Source: Candidatus Bathyarchaeia archaeon (lineage in GTDB: Archaea; Thermoproteota; Bathyarchaeia; TCS64). Taken from it: a stretch of DNA of 46,918 nucleotides. Each line of letters begins with the position of its first letter. The first letter of the stretch is position 1. Below the pieces are notes generated by a model that saw only the letters and a program-made list of their open reading frames with translations, did not search any database and was not told the origin of the DNA. This document shows, piece by piece, positions 39,708 through 46,918 of this stretch. The stretch lies in assembly GCA_050014495.1 (NCBI GenBank), contig JBEKDF010000022.1, forward strand, positions 1 to 46,918, in the 5' to 3' direction. The translations under genes were made by a program, and so were the position numbers.

Positions 39708-40370
39708 TTGAGAAAGTTACACCGTAGTGGGTATAGGGATTGGTTGAAGCCCGATGGCACCGGCAGACGGACTTGGGAGAAAGCACCTAAGAAGTACGTC
39801 AAGCCTAAGCAGATCTTTGAGATTATTCAACGTCGCCGGTGGGAATACAGACGAACCCCTGACCTCTATCACAGCCGAGACCTGGCACTTGCAGCGCTCC
39901 TTTACCTAACAAGTGGTCGCATCAACGAAGTACTGCGCCTGACCAGAGATCAGTTTATCCAGGATGAGACCGACCCTAGGTTTCTAATTTGTAGTAGCTT
40001 CTGGGTCTCAAAACGTAAGAAAGGTAAGCAGCATCCAGTCAAGGACATACCTCTACCCAGAGAAGGGGCATGGGCTCCTTTCACCAGAACAGTTGAGGAG
40101 TACATTTCACAACTAGGACCAAACGAGAAGCTGTTCAAAATAGGAACAGTGAGAGCGTACGCCATCATCCAACATATAACCAAACTTCCAGCCTCAGAGG
40201 AGAAGGGCTATTGGTGTCACTGGTTCCGTTCACAATCGCTGTCATATCAGGTGAATCTCCTTAGAAGCACGCAGCTAGTCGCTAGTGATAGAGGCATCGA
40301 AAGCCCACAGACCCTATCCCACTACTATGTCGGCGACTGGAAGGGGCACAAGGAGGAGATGTTGAAGTGA
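39708..40370 (+). CDS. Short tyrosine recombinase (catalytic domain only, mini-integrase-like)
   Basis: LLYLTSGRINE (Arg I), SKRK, HWFR (HxxR), terminal HY Tyr; only about 55 aa precede the catalytic domain. Confidence 0.88.
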   Translation: MRKLHRSGYRDWLKPDGTGRRTWEKAPKKYVKPKQIFEIIQRRRWEYRRTPDLYHSRDLALAALLYLTSGRINEVLRLTRDQFIQDETDPRFLICSSFWVSKRKKGKQHPVKDIPLPREGAWAPFTRTVEEYISQLGPNEKLFKIGTVRAYAIIQHITKLPASEEKGYWCHWFRSQSLSYQVNLLRSTQLVASDRGIESPQTLSHYYVGDWKGHKEEMLK

Positions 40371-40522
40371 GTCTCTTAGCACTTTATTCGTCCTATTCAC
40401 AACCCATTTGATCTAACTTATTTCACTATAATATCCTCCAACAAATATACTATAGTTTACAAAGTAACTAGAGCAACCATTACAATTATATTGCTTCCAT
40501 AACCTCAATTGATTGACTGTAT

Positions 40523-40705
40523 ATGAGTGAGGATGGATTCACTACAATATGGATTAGTAGAAAAACTGCTCGAAGAGTTCATCAACATCAGGCCCCTAGA
40601 CCCGAATACATCAAAGGTAAGAGGTCGCTCTATACTCTGGATGAAGTACTCACAAGAATAATTGACGGCTACGAAAATTGGCTCCGTGAACATCCCGAGG
40701 CGTAA
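40523..40705 (+). CDS. Small RHH-like DNA-binding protein
   Basis: FTTIWISRKT strand-helix and TLDEVLTRII helix; leads the downstream operon. Confidence 0.6.
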   Translation: MSEDGFTTIWISRKTARRVHQHQAPRPEYIKGKRSLYTLDEVLTRIIDGYENWLREHPEA

Positions 40706-40713
40706 ACGCGACC

Positions 40714-42081
40714 ATGCCCGAACCAACTCCCTCCACTGACATTGAATACAGCTCCATCGAGGAGATAGAGAAAGCTGAGACCAGACTCGATAAACAATAC
40801 AGAGAATTAGAAAAATCCCACGCTGTGACTCCCGAAGTTGACAAAAAATTCATGCAAGAATTCAACAAACTGGATAGAAACCGTAAACAGTTAGAAAAGC
40901 AAAAATTAACATCTCCGTCATTTAACACACTCTTTGTAACTTCCCAGCCCTCAGAAAGAAAACAATTCGCCACTAATCCCATCAACAAGAAGGAACTGGT
41001 GAGCTTACTATCGCCACTCGATGAATTATTTCAGGACGCTTTGGCGGAATTACTCATTCAACACAAACTCAGCTTGGATTGGTACATCCAACCACCGGGT
41101 GGTGAGTCACCTATTTTCCCAACCCTAGCCATCTGCGTGATCGGAGAATGTCCCGGTGACGTGACCAATCTCATAGAGAAAGTTTTCCCCGGAGAGTGCC
41201 TGAAAAGCGGGTTCAGCAGTGAAGTCTACTTTGATAAATTTAAAGAAAAAAGAAGATGGATAATACTCGCTGACTTCAATGACGTTGTCGAAAGCTCTGA
41301 GAAAACTTATAGACGGACCGTACAGGGCTCGTGGGCTAGCTTATATGAGAGGAACCCAGTGTCCAGCGGACCACAAGGTAAGCCTTTGGATATTTTAGAC
41401 CCATCCCTCTCGTTACTCGGGTGGGGAACCGAAGAGAATCTGAGGAAACTTAAACCAGCTATAAAAGATATCTTGTGGTTTCTGAGGCTGAAGACACCAC
41501 CTCCCGATCCTAATGATATGAATGCTCCGTCATTGACTGACAAAGCGGATAAGATAAAACAGATACTCGAGGGCTTACCCGCACCTGAACAACGACGGAG
41601 ACTTATGGCTGATGAAAGCGTCAAAAAAGTTCTATCTGAGACCGAGGCGTTTGGTGATAAGTCGGCTAGACGATTCTGGCTGCGTCAGAGCATGTGGAGG
41701 GCGTGCCGTACCTATGATACTAAGTTCACTGGGGAGGACTTACTGGAACGCAGGCCCTTTGTCCTAACTAACCTTGTTGAGAAAAACTCTCTAAGATCAG
41801 ATGAGAAGAAACCGGGTGCAAAGCCGATAGGCGTTGAGTCTAAACTGATACTAGCGGTTCAGAGACACGGCCCTCAGTCACCTTCGATCTTTGCGAGGTT
41901 GAGTACTTTCCCGCCACAAGAAGTCATCAACGAGGGAATCAAAAATCTGGTGAATGCGGGCGTCTTTGTCTGGTACGGCGTTCCCTTCGAACGGGGGGTC
42001 AAGGTCGGGTTCGCTAACGGGGTGATGGAAGAGGACGCCCTGTTGAAGTGGGATGAAATGAAGGTGAAGAGTGATGACTGA
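40714..42081 (+). CDS. DUF3987-like helicase-fold protein with degenerate Walker motifs and C-terminal wHTH
   Basis: Motif order ICVIGE(CPGDVT), FSSE, IILADF, SLYE, DPSLSLLG..T; no GKT/S. Confidence 0.55.
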   Translation: MPEPTPSTDIEYSSIEEIEKAETRLDKQYRELEKSHAVTPEVDKKFMQEFNKLDRNRKQLEKQKLTSPSFNTLFVTSQPSERKQFATNPINKKELVSLLSPLDELFQDALAELLIQHKLSLDWYIQPPGGESPIFPTLAICVIGECPGDVTNLIEKVFPGECLKSGFSSEVYFDKFKEKRRWIILADFNDVVESSEKTYRRTVQGSWASLYERNPVSSGPQGKPLDILDPSLSLLGWGTEENLRKLKPAIKDILWFLRLKTPPPDPNDMNAPSLTDKADKIKQILEGLPAPEQRRRLMADESVKKVLSETEAFGDKSARRFWLRQSMWRACRTYDTKFTGEDLLERRPFVLTNLVEKNSLRSDEKKPGAKPIGVESKLILAVQRHGPQSPSIFARLSTFPPQEVINEGIKNLVNAGVFVWYGVPFERGVKVGFANGVMEEDALLKWDEMKVKSDD

Positions 42082-42328
42082 GGAACGCAGTGATGATTAT
42101 TCTTACAGGAAGAAGTGCTTCATCGTTAAGAAGATCCCTGTACCTGTGAAAGAACCACCACCCGTGAAAGTGGAATCTGAGAAACGTCTTAGAGGCCGTC
42201 CACGTAAACCTCTGGACCCAACGCCTGCGTATGGTGGCGTGGTCACGCGTTCAGACTTGAGGGTAGAGTGGCGTCGGGCTTCTCAAAGGTACTACGCCCT
42301 GAAAAAGGCATGCAAGATAGATAGATGA
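42071..42328 (+). CDS. Small basic protein with AT-hook motif
   Basis: KRLRGRPRKP; start overlaps the upstream stop. Confidence 0.6.
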   Translation: MMTEERSDDYSYRKKCFIVKKIPVPVKEPPPVKVESEKRLRGRPRKPLDPTPAYGGVVTRSDLRVEWRRASQRYYALKKACKIDR

Positions 42329-42560
42329 GGCTATCTATCCCCTTTCAAAAATCAATAAGATTATGTGTTATATATAGAAATTCCACCAATAAACCAATGA
42401 TTTTGCACCGCTATTCCGCTACTATCTTGGGTAATTGGTTTATTGATTAATTGGTAAATTGGTTAATTAACTCAGCATTATTGGTTAATTGGTCCGTTTT
42501 TTATATATAATAACTAATCTATTAATATTAGAAACGAACCCTATCCGTCTATCTATCTAT
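42316..42560. repeat. Origin-like region: long imperfect inverted repeat around ATTGGT iterations
   Basis: Arms at about 42343-42400 and 42478-42534, multiple ATTGGT/ACCAAT copies, GATAGATAG-6-CTATCTATC palindrome. Confidence 0.6.
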
Positions 42561-42639
42561 TCTCCCGAATTATCATAAACTAATTATCGTACCATCCATA
42601 AACTAACGTTTATAAACGCCTTAGTACATCATACATATT

Positions 42640-42706
42640 GGACTGGGATCCCCACATATGTGGAAGGTTAGTTAATCATACCTGGCTCAGGTCTCAGCCC
42701 ACTTTT
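42640..42706 (+). ncRNA. Candidate small RNA (about 65 nt, three-way junction)
   Basis: TTTATAAA at 42609-42616, closing stem GGACTGGGATC/GGTCTCAGCCC, CCAC-ATAT-GTGG hairpin, ends in CTTTT. Confidence 0.55.
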
Positions 42707-42713
42707 ATCCCGC

Positions 42714-43040
42714 TCAACTTGTGAAGAACTCGACTTTCTCCCGTTCTTTTACCTTCAGGTTGTAGTGCTTACATATACTCCGATGTGCCTCACACGAAAC
42801 GCCTCGCCTCCCCAACTCGCCTAAGATCAGGTCCAGCCCGAAATCACTCCAAGTGTGCCTCCGACCACCTAGCTTTTCAACCAACCCGGATCGCCACAAA
42901 CACCTCTTAAAAACTCCCTCGGGCGTGGGTTTGCCCTCAGTGTAAAGCTCAAGGATCTGTTCCCGCCACTCCTCGAACAACCGTCTGTCACATTCGCGGT
43001 CCAGCTCCTCAATCACATCGGGGGTTGGCAGATGTAGCAT
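42714..43040 (-). CDS. Hypothetical protein
   Basis: 108-aa ORF whose ATG immediately follows the upstream TGA. Confidence 0.6.
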   Translation of the reverse strand: MLHLPTPDVIEELDRECDRRLFEEWREQILELYTEGKPTPEGVFKRCLWRSGLVEKLGGRRHTWSDFGLDLILGELGRRGVSCEAHRSICKHYNLKVKEREKVEFFTS

Positions 43041-43214
43041 TCACTCATTCCTCCGAACAGCAAGCCAGATGAGGACACTCACAAGCCCCGCAACTGAAGC
43101 TAACAGACCGACTTCGATTGTCCTCTCGTTTCCGCCTACTAACGCTGCACCGAGTCCGATTGCAGTCACCACGAGTATACCCGCTGTAAGCACTGGCTTG
43201 TCACGATCTTCCAT
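43041..43214 (-). CDS. Small two-TM membrane protein (57 aa, not in the ORF track)
   Basis: MEDRDKPVLTAGILVVTAIGLGAALVGGNERTIEVGLLASVAGLVSVLIWLAVRRNE; GGAGG RBS upstream. Confidence 0.65.
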   Translation of the reverse strand: MEDRDKPVLTAGILVVTAIGLGAALVGGNERTIEVGLLASVAGLVSVLIWLAVRRNE

Positions 43215-43327
43215 CGGTCATTTTCCTCCAGTTCTCAGGGGTGTTCAGCACTTTTGGGCCGGGATAACTCAGCATCACCTTCGGTCTTAGATGCCACTTA
43301 TTTTCCCTAAAGAAACGACCTTTTCGC

Positions 43328-43603
43328 CTATCGACCGTTCTTAATCCTCCCAGACTTTTTCTTCTTCAAACCCCTGAGCCAAGCCATATACTCGGGTGAA
43401 CCTTCCCTCCCATGTGGTCGAGGTTTCTCCTTAGCAGGCTTGATATCTGGACGCCAGTCCGTTTCGGGTGGTCTCATTTCTTTTGAGTCCTCCACATGAG
43501 CCACTCCCCAATCAACAAAGCTGCCAAAAAACAGACCAATACGACGTAAATTGCGTCCCTGAAAACCTAACGGATTCAGGTTCTTGCTTACTGTTGGGAT
43601 CAT
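43328..43603 (-). CDS. Small basic hypothetical protein
   Basis: Lys/Arg-rich C-terminus; start may be ATG 43477. Confidence 0.45.
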   Translation of the reverse strand: MIPTVSKNLNPLGFQGRNLRRIGLFFGSFVDWGVAHVEDSKEMRPPETDWRPDIKPAKEKPRPHGREGSPEYMAWLRGLKKKKSGRIKNGR

Positions 43604-43844
43604 CTAAAAATAAATAGTCGACATCTTAAGAGGGTTTGGGATTGTACGGGTAGGTTACCATCAATTATCCTAGATCAAACCGGTCGTAAGTTGGGGTAAA
43701 AATTTAGTATATGAAGTCGGTTGCACGCGCGTAGCCGAATCGAAGAATAGTTCACGAGGCCTCGAGAATTCTTTTAACTCTACATAATACGTTATCAGGT
43801 TCATTTGATAAAACTATTAGGGAGCTGCTACAAAACCGATTCCT

Positions 43845-44504
43845 ATGAATAGTCCAAGCGTATCCAACTTCGATGATGAATTGAAAATAGTTATCGTGAA
43901 CTTGGATGAGATGGGGAAGATACTTCCTCTTCTCGATAAATTGAGCCAATCGCCTTTGAGTACAGTGCAAGAGTTCAATATCGCATTCTATTATCGGCTA
44001 TTGTCTTATCTCACCGCAAGTACCCTGGCTGTGCAAGCCAAATTGTGGGGTCCAAGCCGCAATCTTCAACGTACTTGTTACGAGATGATACTTAAGGGCA
44101 TTTATTTCCTGAAAAACCCCGAAAAAGCTGAAGAAGTAAGAAGAAAACTGGATAATGACGATGAGAAGGCCTTTGACATCTCAATAACGGGTAAAATAAT
44201 CCCCAATCTGTACGAAGGGAAAGACAAAGAGGATCAAAAGAAGTTGTACGGTACTATATGCCCATTCTCGCATGCGGATATCACTGGAGCAATATTAGAC
44301 TTTAAAGATAATCTAAGCCAAAGAGAGGATTGCGTTCATATGCTTTGCGCCCTAGAGTACGGCGCATTAGATATGCTTATGAATACTTTAGGAGATTATC
44401 AAGACCCTGAAATAGAAAAACTTAGAGTCAGTATCGTAAAAGGGATCCAGAAATGTATTTCCGAAGCACCCGCATTCAGACCTACCTCGCGAGTAGTAAA
44501 CTGA
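43845..44504 (+). CDS. Hypothetical helical protein, DUF5677-like
   Basis: LQRTCYE...YF and LYGTICPFSH patterns. Confidence 0.6.
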   Translation: MNSPSVSNFDDELKIVIVNLDEMGKILPLLDKLSQSPLSTVQEFNIAFYYRLLSYLTASTLAVQAKLWGPSRNLQRTCYEMILKGIYFLKNPEKAEEVRRKLDNDDEKAFDISITGKIIPNLYEGKDKEDQKKLYGTICPFSHADITGAILDFKDNLSQREDCVHMLCALEYGALDMLMNTLGDYQDPEIEKLRVSIVKGIQKCISEAPAFRPTSRVVN

Positions 44505-44600
44505 AAGAAGTTTAGTGAATTATTTTTTCTTCCAAGTTTAGTTTCTGGGCAGACATTTACATTTTTTATGTTAAAATACGGATAATACCTAATTGATCAT

Positions 44601-45335
44601 ATGTATATTACTAATTGGAATAACAAACCCGTCGAAGTCGTATATAGTAAGGATAATAGGCCATTTCTATGCGATTACAGCGACAATTTGATTCGGCTAA
44701 ACACCAAGGCTTGGCCTCATCCTTTCGTAGCCAAGAAACTCCGTCGAGCAAACAGGGCTAGGAGTTTTAGTAAAGAAAATTACCATCAACTATGTGTCAA
44801 GTTGGGTTTCTACTGTGATCTACAATCTCTACGAAGCGAGGACGCCATATCATGGAGCGTTTTCGGAAGTCTTGAGCAATCCCCTCAGAACCAGAGCATT
44901 TCCTTCCTAGTAGAAATGCTAAATCTGATAGGGATCAAGACAAAGTCGAAGAACTTCGAGATAGATCTCTGGAGCAGAATACCTCATCCAGACACCCATA
45001 AGAAAGCAAATGGACCAGAGATCGATTTCAGCATCGTTGGAGACGATGTGATTATTCTCGGCGAGTCGAAGTGGGAATCACCGGTGGATAAAAAGCAGGG
45101 TAAGATGAAGAACAAAGATCAACTTCAACTTAGGAGAGAATATCTTGATGGAATCGGTTCAAAGATATATTCTGACAAAGAGTTTAGAGAGGTATTAATT
45201 ATTGGCAATGAGAAAAATGCAGAAATTGGTTATCCGTCTTTAACTTGGGAGCAAGTCTGCACCCAGATTAAACACCCGGCGGGTAAAGAACTTGAGCGCT
45301 ATTATGATTGGAAGATGATCTTTCTGCCAAAGTGA
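44601..45335 (+). CDS. Putative PD-(D/E)xK nuclease
   Basis: SEDAISWSVF, PEIDF...GESKW and DQL motifs. Confidence 0.7.
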   Translation: MYITNWNNKPVEVVYSKDNRPFLCDYSDNLIRLNTKAWPHPFVAKKLRRANRARSFSKENYHQLCVKLGFYCDLQSLRSEDAISWSVFGSLEQSPQNQSISFLVEMLNLIGIKTKSKNFEIDLWSRIPHPDTHKKANGPEIDFSIVGDDVIILGESKWESPVDKKQGKMKNKDQLQLRREYLDGIGSKIYSDKEFREVLIIGNEKNAEIGYPSLTWEQVCTQIKHPAGKELERYYDWKMIFLPK

Positions 45336-45432
45336 AATGTGTTCAGCTTCATTCTTCCGTCCTTCCTCTCAGAAGGTGCGGCTTCGTTTTTTATCCAATT
45401 CTCATAGGGCTACTCCGTGCTTGCGCGCGCGC

Positions 45433-45579
45433 TCACATATCCCGCGATGGGTAATGCTTCTTAGTCCCGCGAACGTCCTTCAATGCATCTCGTAGTTTAT
45501 TGTCCCGCTTCTCGGATTCGGTAAATAGTCTGTAACCCTTCTTCGCCTCTTCCATTTTCATTGGCTTGTCTACTCCCAT
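45433..45579 (-). CDS. Small hypothetical protein (48 aa)
   Basis: MGVDKPMKMEEAKKGYRLFTESEKRDNKLRDALKDVRGTKKHYPSRDM; stop is immediately followed by a GCGCGCGCGC tract. Confidence 0.35.
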   Translation of the reverse strand: MGVDKPMKMEEAKKGYRLFTESEKRDNKLRDALKDVRGTKKHYPSRDM

Positions 45580-46137
45580 TAATCTAATTGGGCGGCGTAG
45601 TTAAAGAACCTCTAAATTCATTTTTTGTGGTTAAACACGCACGCGCGGTGAGATACGATGAGAAACACACACTGAGGAGCCATGAGGTAACTAGGTTCCG
45701 ATACTCAACGATATTGAATGATATGGTGGGTGTTTTCGACATCCACCACTTTATCCTAAGCTCGGATGTATTGAGGCTAATCACCTTCCCCGAGTCACTG
45801 AATGGCGAGACGGGACCTATCTGCTCCTACCTCGGTGGTCCTAAGGAGTAAAGTGACCTGAGGGTGTATGAGATCATTGAGGGCGCGAAGATAGCTAAGT
45901 GGAGGACATCAGGGATTAACTTCGTGAGCCTCGATAAGATCCGAGTAGCGCCTAGACTGAAGTAAGCGCACGCACGACTATTACGGCTATTATGATAATT
46001 ATTAATACAAACAAATACCTGTAAACATTACTCGGTGCATATTGGCTACCGATCGCCCATTCTTTGCGTACTGCCCTAATATCTCTATGATTATTCACAT
46101 AATTTACTCTCAAGATTTCAGCGATGCCCGAGCGCAA

Positions 46138-46164
46138 GGACTGGAGCAGAGCCAAGTAAACCAT
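46138..46164 (-). pseudogene. 5' remnant of a third paralog of the array (MVYLALLQS...)
   Basis: Preceded by the same intergenic repeat as the neighbouring paralog; similarity is lost after about 9 codons. Confidence 0.4.
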
Positions 46165-46178
46165 ACTTCATCATGTAT

Positions 46179-46203
46179 GAGTCAGGTGGAAGTGAGGATA
46201 AGG
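46179..46203 (+). repeat. Intergenic repeat copy 1 (GAGTCAGGTGGAAGTGAGGATAAG)
   Basis: Matches 46761-46784; same position between stop and next ATG. Confidence 0.75.
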
Positions 46204-46745
46204 CTATGGAGTGGATGAGACTTTTATCTCAAGGCCCTTCTCATACCTAGCCAACTCGGTGTAGAGGTACTCGACCCACTCAAATACCTTAGGGTGATTA
46301 CTGCGAATCCTAAACTCAGAAATCACTGGTTTCATCTTCTCCCAGAAAAGCACGAGGTGAGTAGAAAGTAGATTCTCAACGAAGCTCATTTCAAGCAGAT
46401 TCCTCTTGACGAGCATCCCCCCCCTTCAAATTAGTTACCAACTATCAACATAGAAGCATATAAGTCTGGATTCACCTCCGAACCATATTTCTCAAGAAAT
46501 TCCTGATAATCCTTGAACTTCATGTTGCGTACATCGACAAACGCTTTCTGGAACTCTTTCCCCCTAAATGGATCATATACCTGCATGAATAGCTGGGCCT
46601 GCCTCGTCTCGTCTGCCTGGTGCTGCGATTTGAGGCTTAGCTCCTGGTTCTTCATGTTGATTCTGAGGGTGAACATGTAGTAGATCGCTGCCACAGTCAC
46701 GCTTACGCCGGTCATTAACACTCCAACGGTTTGAAGGTCAACCAT
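46204..46745 (-). pseudogene. N-terminally membrane-anchored DUF4760-like protein, split by a stop and a frameshift
   Basis: MVDLQT-TM...ETRQAQLFMQ...GN*FEG(G8)MLVKR...FEWVEYLY reads as one gene with TAA at 46431-46433 and an 8-G run. Confidence 0.7.
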
Positions 46746-46760
46746 ATAATCACTGGATTA

Positions 46761-46784
46761 GAGTCAGGTGGAGGCGGGATAAGA
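46761..46784 (+). repeat. Intergenic repeat copy 2 (GAGTCAGGTGGAGGCGGGATAAG)
   Basis: Matches 46179-46203. Confidence 0.75.
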
Positions 46785-46918
46785 TTACTGATTAACAGGC
46801 GGAGTCGTGAAAAACGTATTCACCTTCTTCATGAAGTCAGGATCACTATCGCTAAGCCTCTTCGAATACGCATTCGCAATATATTCGAAGTCCGAAAAAG
46901 CATCATTAGGATACTCCC
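46785..46918 (-). CDS. 3' end of another probable DUF4760-like paralog (partial, runs off the window)
   Basis: EYPNDAFSDFEYIANAYSKRL... resembles HPKVFEWVEYLY of the neighbour. Confidence 0.55.
   Translation of the reverse strand, partial: EYPNDAFSDFEYIANAYSKRLSDSDPDFMKKVNTFFTTPPVNQ

Larger units (their letters stand above)
23700..46135. mobile_element. Composite defence/mobile genomic island (boundaries approximate)
   Basis: Abrupt switch after srp54 to AT-rich spacers, defence genes, recombinase, replication-like ATPases and RHH/HTH regulators; no att repeat identified. Confidence 0.7.

Noticed and set aside
596..43970. Numerous short ORFs nested antisense or out of frame within identified genes
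   Set aside because: Shadow ORFs of well-supported genes.
25712..45700. Classical integron with attC sites
   Set aside because: No convincing RYYYAAC...GTTRRRY boxes after genes, mixed gene orientation, and the recombinase is too short for IntI.
45584..45851. Overlapping 66-aa and 87-aa ORFs
   Set aside because: Mutually antisense and lacking motifs; the region is probably a junction or gene fragment.

Overview
Archaeal DNA: FEN1, an ATP-dependent ligase, SRP54, archaeal TATA boxes and many TTG starts. The gene style suggests Bathyarchaeia, which is inference only. Bases 1-23.7 kb are housekeeping and metabolic genes: PLP aminotransferase, iron-sulfur flavoprotein, D-aminoacylase, ADP-ribosylglycohydrolase plus PfkB kinase, site-2 protease, Lrp/DMT/glutamine synthetase, thioredoxins, fen-lig, M20 amidohydrolase, a HerA-like ATPase, acyl-CoA ligase, DapA family, cyclase, USP and srp54. 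From about 23.7 kb to about 46.1 kb lies a mosaic defence/mobile island. It holds a complete SPARTA system (TIR-APAZ plus short pAgo), a type III-like Mod/Res pair, a replication-like module (truncated RFC-small-like ATPase plus AAA+-wHTH protein), RHH regulators with an M48 peptidase, and a short tyrosine recombinase lacking its core-binding domain. It also holds a degenerate DUF3987-like helicase, an AT-hook protein beside an origin-like inverted/iterated repeat, and nuclease-like cargo. Unannotated signals in the island: three promoter-linked, strongly folding non-coding segments (about 24860-25040, 39415-39528, 42640-42706), one just upstream of the mini-recombinase, and a recurrent GCACGCGC motif at module junctions. 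The window ends in a tandem array of paralogous membrane-anchored genes sharing an intergenic repeat. Several apparent 1-bp frameshifts may be assembly errors. All family assignments come from motif recognition by eye, not database searches.
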